Positions 51,918 through 60,150 are shown, numbered from the stretch's first letter. The stretch: 64,000 nt of DNA from Luminiphilus sp. (GCA_036803865.1 DAIRTN010000004.1:67604-131603); one strand, 5' to 3'. Numbers and translations: made by a program. Notes: a model not told the origin generated them from the letters alone.

Positions 51918-52991
51918 GTGAACACCGCCACGCGAAAGCGCTACACCGAAGCACTCACTATCGGCGGAGAAAGCGTTTTGCCTGGCGAAACACGCACCGT
52001 CGAAATTGAGGTCGCACCGACCTTTAGTAACGATGATATGTCACTGTCAGTGCAGGTCGTTCGAGGCACGCGTCCCGGCCCCACGCTGTTTGTATGCGCC
52101 GCGATTCATGGCGACGAAATCAACGGCGTGGAAATTGTTCGCCGCGTATTGAAAACGATAGACCCCAAAAAAATGTCTGGATCGCTGCTCGCGATCCCCA
52201 TCGTTAATGTCTATGGCTTCAATAACCACTCGCGCTACCTGCCGGATGGTCGAGATTTAAATCGCTCGTTTCCCGGCTCGCCCAGCGGGTCACTAACAGG
52301 GCGATTGGCCTATACATTTATGAATGAAATCGTTGCTAAGTGCAGCCACGGCATAGATTTACATACGGGTGGACGACACCGCTCTAATTTTCCACAAATC
52401 CGCGCAGAACTGAACGACACTGTCGTCAAAGGGATGTCACAGGCTTTTGGTGCGCCTATTGTCATTGATTCAAAAATTAGAGATGGCTCACTCCGAGAAT
52501 ATGCGACCGAGATGGGTGTGCCCGTCATCCTGTACGAGAGCTGCGAAGCACTCCGCTTCGATGAGGTGTATATCCGCGCCGGTGTTAAAGGTGTGATCAA
52601 CGTGATGCGCCATATTGGCATGCTCCGACCGAGTCGCGCACGCGCGCCCAAAAAACCCATTGTTAGCAAAATCACCCAGTGGGTGCGTTCCCCCGGCAGT
52701 GGTGTCCATCGCGTATTGGTTTCCCTCGGCGGGCAGGTCGAAAAAAACCAAGTTATCGGCGTCGTTTCCGATCCTCTGGGGACCTGGGAGATTGAAGTTA
52801 TTGCGCCGCTGTCAGGCATCGTGATTGGTCGATCCAACCTGCCCACTGTCTATGAGGGCGATGCGCTTTTCCACATAGCCAAAGTGTCAGCACAAACTGA
52901 GTTCGAGTATGAGGACTTTCACGAAGAGCTGCTGCCATCTGACTATGTTCATGATGAAGACAGCCCCAGTGACGCCCCTATTGCAGGGTAA
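51918..52991 (+). CDS. Succinylglutamate desuccinylase/aspartoacylase (AstE/AspA) family zinc hydrolase
   Basis: 357 aa from a GTG start, with GAGG 6 nt upstream. It carries AAIHGDEINGVEIV, DLNRSFPG and GIDLHTG motifs. Confidence 0.8.
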   Translation: MNTATRKRYTEALTIGGESVLPGETRTVEIEVAPTFSNDDMSLSVQVVRGTRPGPTLFVCAAIHGDEINGVEIVRRVLKTIDPKKMSGSLLAIPIVNVYGFNNHSRYLPDGRDLNRSFPGSPSGSLTGRLAYTFMNEIVAKCSHGIDLHTGGRHRSNFPQIRAELNDTVVKGMSQAFGAPIVIDSKIRDGSLREYATEMGVPVILYESCEALRFDEVYIRAGVKGVINVMRHIGMLRPSRARAPKKPIVSKITQWVRSPGSGVHRVLVSLGGQVEKNQVIGVVSDPLGTWEIEVIAPLSGIVIGRSNLPTVYEGDALFHIAKVSAQTEFEYEDFHEELLPSDYVHDEDSPSDAPIAG

Positions 52992-53073
52992 ATAGCCACA
53001 CCAGCAGGTGCCCTACAAAGTAGGGTTTGCTATGCTCCCCACCCTCAATCGAAACACATCAGGACATGGACTA

Positions 53074-54738
53074 ATGGCGCAGTACGTCTACACAATGAAT
53101 CGCGTGGGGAAAATCGTTTCACCTAAGCGCGAAATTCTTAAAGATATCTCCCTGTCGTTTTTTCCAGGCGCCAAGATTGGTGTGCTGGGCCTCAATGGTT
53201 CAGGTAAATCGACGCTTTTACGAATCATGGCGGGGATCGATACTGACATTCAAGGCGAGGCGCGCGCCCAAGCGGGGATCAAGATTGGCTATCTTCAGCA
53301 GGAGCCGCAACTCAACGCAGAGAAAGACGTACGCGGCAATGTGGAAGAAGGCGTGCAAGAGGCTATTGACGCACTAGCTGGCCTAGAAAAAGTCTATGCC
53401 GATTATGCAGAACCTGACGCAGATTTCGATGCGCTTGCAAAAGAGCAGGCACGATTTGAAGATATTATTCAGGCGCACGATGCCCATAATTTGGATACCA
53501 AGCTTGAGATAGCCGCTAATGCGCTTCGATTACCCCCATGGGATGCCAATGTCGATACTCTGTCAGGTGGCGAGCGTCGACGCGTTGCCCTGTGTCGTCT
53601 ACTCTTATCCGAGCCCGATATGCTCCTCCTCGACGAGCCCACCAACCACCTTGATGCGGAATCAGTAGGGTGGCTTGAGCGCTTCTTAGAAGACTTTCCT
53701 GGAACCGTTGTGGCGATAACACACGATCGATACTTCCTCGACAATGCGGCTGGCTGGATTCTAGAACTCGACCGCGGTCGCGGGATTCCTTATGAAGGTA
53801 ACTACTCGACTTGGCTTGAAGCCAAAGAGGCGCGCCTAGAACAGGAGGCACGGCAAGAGGCTTCCCACCAAAAAGCGATCAAGGCCGAATTAGAATGGGT
53901 GAGAAGTAACCCGAAAGGCCGGCAAGCTAAAAACAAGGCGCGCCTGCAGCGTTTCGAGGAACTGAATTCGCAGGAATATCAGACGCGCAATGAAACCAAC
54001 GAGATTTATATACCACCCGGACCTCGCTTGGGTGACAAGGTTATTGAAGTCAATAATCTGCGCAAGACCTTTGGTGACCGACTCCTGTTTGACAACGTCA
54101 GCTTTACCGTCCCGAAAGGCAGTATTGTCGGCATCATAGGCGCCAATGGCATGGGTAAGTCGACGCTGTTCAAACTGCTAATGGGCATTGAGCAGCCTGA
54201 TGGCGGCGAGGTCATCGTGGGTGAAACCGTTCAGCTGGGTTATGTTGATCAGTCCCGCGATGACTTAGACGGTAGCAAAACCGTCTGGGAAGAGGTTTCC
54301 GACGGCTTGGACATCATTAAGATCGGCAACTATGAAGTGCCCTCCAGATCTTATGTGGGACGTTTCAATTTCAAAGGCTCCGATCAACAAAAATTTGTCA
54401 AAGATTTATCGGGTGGCGAGCGAAACCGCTTACACCTTGCAAAATTATTGAAGCAAGGAGCCAACGTCTTACTGCTTGACGAACCGACCAACGACCTTGA
54501 TGTTGAAACCCTGCGCGCATTGGAAGAGGCAATACTCGCATTCCCAGGCTCGGCCATGGTCATCTCCCACGACCGATGGTTTTTGGACCGTGTTGCAACG
54601 CACATTCTCGCCTACGAAGACGACGGTGGCGTTGTATTTCACGAGGGGAATTTCACTGAATACGAAGAGGAACGCCGATCGCGCTTGGGCAAGGACGCCG
54701 ATATGCCAAGCCGCGTAAAATACCGCAAACTCATGTAA
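53074..54738 (+). CDS. ettA: Energy-dependent translational throttle protein EttA (ABC-F ATPase)
   Basis: The Met at 53074 gives MAQYVYTMNRVGKIV, 554 aa. It has two ABC cassettes (GLNGSGKST, GANGMGKST; LSGGERRR, LSGGERNR). Confidence 0.94.
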   Translation: MAQYVYTMNRVGKIVSPKREILKDISLSFFPGAKIGVLGLNGSGKSTLLRIMAGIDTDIQGEARAQAGIKIGYLQQEPQLNAEKDVRGNVEEGVQEAIDALAGLEKVYADYAEPDADFDALAKEQARFEDIIQAHDAHNLDTKLEIAANALRLPPWDANVDTLSGGERRRVALCRLLLSEPDMLLLDEPTNHLDAESVGWLERFLEDFPGTVVAITHDRYFLDNAAGWILELDRGRGIPYEGNYSTWLEAKEARLEQEARQEASHQKAIKAELEWVRSNPKGRQAKNKARLQRFEELNSQEYQTRNETNEIYIPPGPRLGDKVIEVNNLRKTFGDRLLFDNVSFTVPKGSIVGIIGANGMGKSTLFKLLMGIEQPDGGEVIVGETVQLGYVDQSRDDLDGSKTVWEEVSDGLDIIKIGNYEVPSRSYVGRFNFKGSDQQKFVKDLSGGERNRLHLAKLLKQGANVLLLDEPTNDLDVETLRALEEAILAFPGSAMVISHDRWFLDRVATHILAYEDDGGVVFHEGNFTEYEEERRSRLGKDADMPSRVKYRKLM

Positions 54739-54950
54739 CTTTGACGGCGCGTCACCGTAACTCTCCGGCACATCCTCAATGGCACGGCTCTCATCGTGTC
54801 ATTGAGCGACTAAATCGCCAATATTGGCGCCTTTAATGTTACCAACGTTAACGTAACCAAGTTTACCCTGGTCAGATCTCCACGTATCAACTGCCTTATG
54901 ACCCAAATCTTAGTTCTCGATTTTAGCCCGCAATGACGTACCCCGAGCAA

Positions 54951-56324
54951 CTACTGAACCGCTTGTAGCGCCTCATCTAAACGACTTACGGGAATTATCT
55001 CTAAACCTTTAATAGGTTGCTTTGGCGCATTGCCCCGCGGCACGATCGCGCGGCGGAACCCATGCTTCGCAGCTTCACTCAAACGCTCCTGGCCTGATGG
55101 CACCGGCCGAATCTCACCCGACAACCCAACCTCACCAAAGACCACCATATCGCGACTCAACACACGATTACGTAGGCTTGATACGATCGCCGTCAGTAAA
55201 GCCAAATCAGCACTGGTTTCGAGTACGCGAACACCGCCCACAACGTTTGCGAAAACGTCTTGATCACCCACTTGAATACCGCCATGTCGATGTAACACAG
55301 CAAGCAGCATGGCCAATCGATTTTGTTCGAATCCAACAGCGACTCGTCGAGGATTACCCAGAGAGCTATCGTCGACCAGTGCTTGAATCTCGACAAGTAG
55401 CGGCCGAGTACCTTCCCAGACAACCATAACCGTTGTGCCGGGTGCTGGGCGCTCTGCGCGATCGAGAAAAATAGCGGAAGGGTTTTTTACTTCTCTCAAC
55501 CCTTGGTCTGTCATGGCAAAAATACCCAGCTCATTGACTGCGCCAAAGCGATTCTTGCTACCTCGAAGAATGCGATAGCGGGAGTCCTGCTCCCCCTCCA
55601 ACAAGATGGAGCAATCGATCATGTGCTCCAAAACCTTCGGGCCTGCGAGGCTTCCCTCCTTAGTAACGTGCCCCACTAGAATCATGACCACGCCCGACTG
55701 TTTAGCAAACCGAGTCAGTTGCGCTGCACACTCACGCACCTGAGAAACACTCCCCGGTGCAGAGGCAATAGCTTCCGAATGAACCACTTGGATCGAGTCA
55801 ATCACCATCACTTTTGGTTTGTGCTTGTCAGCGGCAGCCAAAATCGCATCGACATCGGTTTCCGCCATAATTTTCAACGCGTCCGTTGGTAGACTGAGCC
55901 GATCGGCACGCATCGCTATTTGCTGCGGGCTTTCTTCGCCGGTGACATAGAGTGCCGAATGCTGTGTCGCGAGCGTACACAGTGTTTGCAGCAGCAACGT
56001 ACTTTTACCTGCGCCGGGATGCCCGCCGATTAAAATGGCCGAACCGGGGACAAAACCACCGCCTAAGACGCGATCGAGCTCCTGTAAGCCACTCGAGAAT
56101 CTGGGCAGCTCGACAACATCAATATCTTTTAACAAGCGAACGTCCGCCGTGGTACCTGCATAACCCCCGGAATGAGCGCTTCGCGCGCCACCCGCGGATT
56201 TTGCTGGTCCTAAGCGAATTTCCGTTATGGTATTCCAAGCACGGCATTCACTGCACTGACCTTGCCATTTTCGATAGTCAGCGCCACAGTCATTGCACAC
56301 AAACGCCGTCTTTACTTTCGCCAT
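54951..56324 (-). CDS. radA: DNA repair protein RadA (Sms)
   Basis: 457 aa with an N-terminal C4 zinc finger (FVCNDCG...CSEC), Walker A GHPGAGKST, KNRFG, and a Lon-like C-domain. Confidence 0.95.
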   Translation of the reverse strand: MAKVKTAFVCNDCGADYRKWQGQCSECRAWNTITEIRLGPAKSAGGARSAHSGGYAGTTADVRLLKDIDVVELPRFSSGLQELDRVLGGGFVPGSAILIGGHPGAGKSTLLLQTLCTLATQHSALYVTGEESPQQIAMRADRLSLPTDALKIMAETDVDAILAAADKHKPKVMVIDSIQVVHSEAIASAPGSVSQVRECAAQLTRFAKQSGVVMILVGHVTKEGSLAGPKVLEHMIDCSILLEGEQDSRYRILRGSKNRFGAVNELGIFAMTDQGLREVKNPSAIFLDRAERPAPGTTVMVVWEGTRPLLVEIQALVDDSSLGNPRRVAVGFEQNRLAMLLAVLHRHGGIQVGDQDVFANVVGGVRVLETSADLALLTAIVSSLRNRVLSRDMVVFGEVGLSGEIRPVPSGQERLSEAAKHGFRRAIVPRGNAPKQPIKGLEIIPVSRLDEALQAVQ

Positions 56325-56370
56325 GGTGGTTCCTTGAGAAACTAAGGGTTGCCCCTAATAATGTATGCAG

Positions 56371-56399
56371 AGTTTATCTCGGCAGTCAGTCACTATAAT
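56371..56399 (+). promoter_or_regulatory. Candidate promoter for the DnaT-like/P-like gene pair
   Basis: A perfect -10 TATAAT lies at 56394-56399, 54 nt upstream of the ATG at 56453. The -35 is weak (AGTTTA/GTTTAT). Confidence 0.35.
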
Positions 56400-56452
56400 C
56401 AAACGCCATTCATCGGTATGCTAGCAGACCCTTTCATTAATCATTCACACTA

Positions 56453-57538
56453 ATGTCATCAAGCTCACTTATTCCTGATCGTCAGTTGACGTTTTCACCC
56501 GATTTGGCAGCCACCATCGGGCTAAGCGAGGCTATTTTATTACAAGGTATTGCGCCGCAGATCCCCCAAACTCCCGGTCGATGGCACGCCTTAGTTATGA
56601 CGTCTTTGGAAAAGAATTTTCCATTTTGGCAGCGGCACGAAATTTTACAGCTGCTCAAGCGACTCGCGGAACTGGGGGTTATCGCTATACTCTCTGAAGA
56701 CGATGGTGCCACAGTACGAGTGTCTCTGGCGGGTGAGCACTCCAAGACGGGTGAACACCACCAGGGTGAACATAGCCAAAGAGCGCCTTTACAACCCCGC
56801 ATAACGCCTGAAGACACATGGCAGCCCTCGGAGGGCGTTCTCGATCTGCTCGCCCTGAATCATGGTATTGACCGCCAGTTTGCGCTTAGCCAGCTCGCTA
56901 ATTTCGAACGCGGCGTCGCCGATCGCACTCGTGACAGTCGATTTAGACAACACGTGCTAGCCATATGGCGCCGCCAACAGCACCAACATCCCGCATTCAC
57001 CATTTCAGAGCCCCCTAAATTCGATGCTGACTGGCATCCCAGTCACGATGCTATGGAAATTATGGTGCGATCGGGGGTTGATCCCGAATTCATAGATACG
57101 TTGCGGCCCGAGTTCGTGCTTTATTGGCGAGAAAAAGGCGGCCCACCCAAAGAAGTCAATAGTCGTTTTATTAGCTTCGTGCGCCAACGCTGGTCCCGCT
57201 TCGCGGGCGGGTTAGTGCATAGCACTGAGCCCACGCGTATCGGTCCCGCATGGCAACCCAGTAACGAAGTTTTCGAAATCTTAGACATGGCGGGTATTAG
57301 CAGAGACTTTGCTCGACAACGAGTGCCCGAATTTGTGCTTTACTGGACAGACAGTAACGAAATGCACACATCGTGGAACAGCAAGTTCTTACAGCATGTC
57401 AAACATCAATGGCGCTGGGAGCAACGCCATGGAGGCGAAAATGTCCAAAGCCAAGGAAGCAGCCGACCTGGCCCAACGGGTCGTACAAGGGACCGGAGTC
57501 TCGCAGACGACCTCAGCGACACCAGCTGGGCAGAGTAA
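56453..57538 (+). CDS. DnaT-domain replication protein (lambda-O/DnaT-like; three tandem DnaT C-terminal-like modules)
   Basis: 361 aa. The N-terminus MSSSSLIPD resembles E. coli DnaT MSSRVLTPD. Three modules, W(Q/H)PS...G(I/V)...F..(Y)W....W, lie at about aa 123-175, 194-248 and 267-322, and resemble DnaT DWQPDADFIRLAALWGV...[10 protein letters not shown]. Confidence 0.65.
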   Translation: MSSSSLIPDRQLTFSPDLAATIGLSEAILLQGIAPQIPQTPGRWHALVMTSLEKNFPFWQRHEILQLLKRLAELGVIAILSEDDGATVRVSLAGEHSKTGEHHQGEHSQRAPLQPRITPEDTWQPSEGVLDLLALNHGIDRQFALSQLANFERGVADRTRDSRFRQHVLAIWRRQQHQHPAFTISEPPKFDADWHPSHDAMEIMVRSGVDPEFIDTLRPEFVLYWREKGGPPKEVNSRFISFVRQRWSRFAGGLVHSTEPTRIGPAWQPSNEVFEILDMAGISRDFARQRVPEFVLYWTDSNEMHTSWNSKFLQHVKHQWRWEQRHGGENVQSQGSSRPGPTGRTRDRSLADDLSDTSWAE

Positions 57539-58151
57539 CGGCGACACCGAACAACCGTCCAGTAAGGACGGTATGATTGAAGCCATCAATCAGGTATTCG
57601 CGTTGTTTCGGTTGAACTACCACAATCAGTTCTACGCGGCGTATCCAGACAACGGGCAGTTGAACCAAATTAAGCGGCTGTGGCTTGAGTCCTTAAATGG
57701 TTTTTCGGCCGACGTCATTCTCTTGGGAGCTCGCCACGCTATAGAAAATAGCGAGTACTTACCCACACTGCACCGAATGCTTGAAAGTTGCCAAGATGCG
57801 CTGCGACACAAGGGCTTGCCGGGTCCGAGAGAAGCTTTTATCGAGGCGAGCCAGAAGCCCTCGCCCAAACAAGAGCAGCAGTGGAGCCATCCCGCCGTAT
57901 ATTTCGCTGGGCGCGATAGCGATTGGTTTTTTCTGGCCAACAACACTGAATCAAAGACATGGCCAGTGTTCAAACCCCATTATGAGCGCTATGTCGCTCT
58001 AGTACTAAGAGGCGAAGAGCTGGCAATGCCCGACGTCAATCTGCTATCCGAGCAGCCAGAGCACACGAAGATGTCAACGGACGAGCGTAAAGCTGCATTG
58101 AATAATCTGCGGGCAGAAACAGGCATCTACAGCAAAGTCGATGGCGATTAG
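57441..58151 (+). CDS. Phage lambda P-like replication protein (putative replicative-helicase loader)
   Basis: 236 aa from the ATG at 57441 (GGAGG 5 nt upstream). An alternative ATG lies at 57573 (AAGGA upstream). The by-eye alignment to lambda P runs end to end: INQVFALF, QIKRLWLESLNG, YLPTL, GLPGP and LRGEELAMPDV. Confidence 0.7.
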   Translation: MSKAKEAADLAQRVVQGTGVSQTTSATPAGQSNGDTEQPSSKDGMIEAINQVFALFRLNYHNQFYAAYPDNGQLNQIKRLWLESLNGFSADVILLGARHAIENSEYLPTLHRMLESCQDALRHKGLPGPREAFIEASQKPSPKQEQQWSHPAVYFAGRDSDWFFLANNTESKTWPVFKPHYERYVALVLRGEELAMPDVNLLSEQPEHTKMSTDERKAALNNLRAETGIYSKVDGD

Positions 58152-59545
58152 TAGTCTTCGTAGCGGCCGGCGGCCAAATTTTCAAAGCGCGTAAACTCGC
58201 CCTGGAATGCCAACCGGCAGGTACCGATAGGTCCGTTACGTTGCTTGCCGATGATGATCTCAGCCACCCCTTTATCGGGAGAGTCTTCGTGATAAACCTC
58301 ATCGCGGTAAATAAACATGATGACATCGGCATCTTGCTCGATCGCACCCGATTCGCGTAGGTCAGAGTTGACGGGGCGCTTATTTGGGCGCTGCTCAAGT
58401 GAGCGATTCAACTGTGAAAGCGCAACCATTGGGCAACGAAACTCTTTGGCAATCGCTTTAAGACTTCGAGAAATTTCAGAAATTTCTGCTGTCCTGCCGT
58501 CGCTAGAGCCAGCTACTTGCATCAGCTGCAAGTAGTCCACCATCACCATACCCAGCTCACCATGCTCTCTGGCAACCCGGCGAGCTCTCGAGCGAAGCTC
58601 TGTGGGCGTGAGTGCCGGTGTATCGTCGATAAAAATACGCGCCTCTTTCAGCGTATTCATCGCTTTAGACAGTTTTGGCCAATCATCTTGCTCAAGCTTG
58701 CCATTTCGAACGCGCGATTGATCGATTCGGCCCAGAGAGGACAACATCCGGATGACCAAACTTTCTGCCGGCATTTCCATGGAGAATACAAGAATCGGCT
58801 TGTCGCTTTTACCGGCGGCATTTTCTACCAGATTCATCGCAAAACTAGTTTTGCCCATGGAAGGACGGCCGGCGACAATCACCAAATCGGAGGGCTGCAT
58901 ACCCGAGGTCATCTTATCGAGATCAATGAAGCCGGTGCTTAATCCTGTAATCTCGCCGCCTGAATTGAACAGCTCTTCGATTCGCTCCAGCGCTCCCGCC
59001 AATAGCGGCTCCATGCCTCTTGGGGCGCCCGTTTTCGGCCCCTCCTCGGAGATTTGCATGATTCGTCGCTCAGCTTCATCGAGCAGCTCTTCTGAGGACC
59101 GACCATCAGGGTTGTAACCGTTATTCGCAATGTCTTGGGCGGCACCAATGAGCTTGCGCAGCACCGCGCGTTCGTGAACAGCGGTTGCGTAGGCTCGAAT
59201 ATTGGCAGCAGTAGGTGTTTGCTCGGCCAGCTCAGCAAGATAAGTGTGGCCACCGGCAGCGTCGAGCTCACCCGTTGCCAGCAAGCGATCTGCGACAGTG
59301 ACTACGTCGACCGGCTCGCCTCGATCGACGAGCATAGCAATTTGACGAAAGATTGCGCGGTGCTCGGGCCGATAAAAATCGCCCGCCGTTACCACTTCTG
59401 CAATGAGATCCCATCCGTCCGACGACAGTAATAGACCACCAATGACAGAACGCTCAGCCTCAACCGAATGGGGCTGCATCTTGATGCGGGCAATATCCGC
59501 ATCGAGGGGTTTGTAGGACTCAGCGCTCGCGCTGTAATCACTCAT
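58148..59545 (-). CDS. dnaB: Replicative DNA helicase DnaB
   Basis: 465 aa with PHSVEAERSVIGGLL, Walker A GRPSMGKT, and the RecA-like C-domain. Confidence 0.96.
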   Translation of the reverse strand: MSDYSASAESYKPLDADIARIKMQPHSVEAERSVIGGLLLSSDGWDLIAEVVTAGDFYRPEHRAIFRQIAMLVDRGEPVDVVTVADRLLATGELDAAGGHTYLAELAEQTPTAANIRAYATAVHERAVLRKLIGAAQDIANNGYNPDGRSSEELLDEAERRIMQISEEGPKTGAPRGMEPLLAGALERIEELFNSGGEITGLSTGFIDLDKMTSGMQPSDLVIVAGRPSMGKTSFAMNLVENAAGKSDKPILVFSMEMPAESLVIRMLSSLGRIDQSRVRNGKLEQDDWPKLSKAMNTLKEARIFIDDTPALTPTELRSRARRVAREHGELGMVMVDYLQLMQVAGSSDGRTAEISEISRSLKAIAKEFRCPMVALSQLNRSLEQRPNKRPVNSDLRESGAIEQDADVIMFIYRDEVYHEDSPDKGVAEIIIGKQRNGPIGTCRLAFQGEFTRFENLAAGRYEDY

Positions 59546-59644
59546 AAGCCTAATCCCGAGTTAATCTCGTAAAGGCTCAGGATAGCCGAGGATGCCAACA
59601 GGTGGGAACATAAAACCCACACCTGTCGAGCGTTAGGGGCTTTA

Positions 59645-60094
59645 TTACTCAGCAACAACCGCAACAGCGACGTTAACAGTCACGTCAGCGTGAAGCTGAA
59701 GCATGATGTCGTATTCGCCCACGTCGCGAATTACGCCTTCAGGAAGGCGTACTTCTGACTTATCGACGTCCACGCCAGCCGCTGTAATAGCCGCGGCGAT
59801 GTCTCGGGTACCGACCGAACCAAACAGCTTACCTTCATCACCCGCTGTCGCTGCGATTTCGATGAGCTCCAGGGCGTCAAGGGCTGAACCGCGCTTTTGA
59901 GCAGCTTCTAGAGTCGCTAATGCCGCGGCTTCTAACTCTGCGCGACGCTCCTCAAACTTAGCAACGTTATCTTTGGTAGCAGGAACTGCTTTACCCTGAG
60001 GAACCAAGAAATTCCGGCCGTATCCAGGCTTTACAGTGACTTTGTCACCCAAGCTGCCAAGACTGCCTACGTTTTCCAGAAGAATAACTTCCAT
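59645..60094 (-). CDS. rplI: 50S ribosomal protein L9
   Basis: The Met at 60094 gives [30 protein letters not shown] (149 aa), with an AAGGAAAGAG SD. The tracked ORF is an upstream extension. Confidence 0.94.
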   Translation of the reverse strand: MEVILLENVGSLGSLGDKVTVKPGYGRNFLVPQGKAVPATKDNVAKFEERRAELEAAALATLEAAQKRGSALDALELIEIAATAGDEGKLFGSVGTRDIAAAITAAGVDVDKSEVRLPEGVIRDVGEYDIMLQLHADVTVNVAVAVVAE

Positions 60095-60150
60095 CGCTCT
60101 CTTTCCTTTTGGTCGGATTATCCCGACTCGACAAATGATCTTAAGAGGGA

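Noticed and set aside
54809-54916. Short minus-strand ORF (about 35 aa from a TTG, ...DTWRSDQGKLGYVNVGNIKGANIGDLVAQ) in the 212-nt ettA-radA spacer, plus an imperfect hairpin TCAATGGCACG-8 nt-CGTGTCATTGA at about 54775-54804.
   Set aside because: The ORF is too short, has no SD or ATG and no recognisable family. The hairpin has no U-tract on either strand, so I cannot support a terminator or gene call.
56453-58151. Interpreting the O/P-like pair as part of an integrated prophage or other mobile element.
   Set aside because: There is no integrase, repressor, antiterminator, structural or lysis gene, no flanking direct repeats and no tRNA-adjacent att site. Both flanks are universally conserved core genes (radA, dnaB). 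An isolated, probably domesticated, module fits better.
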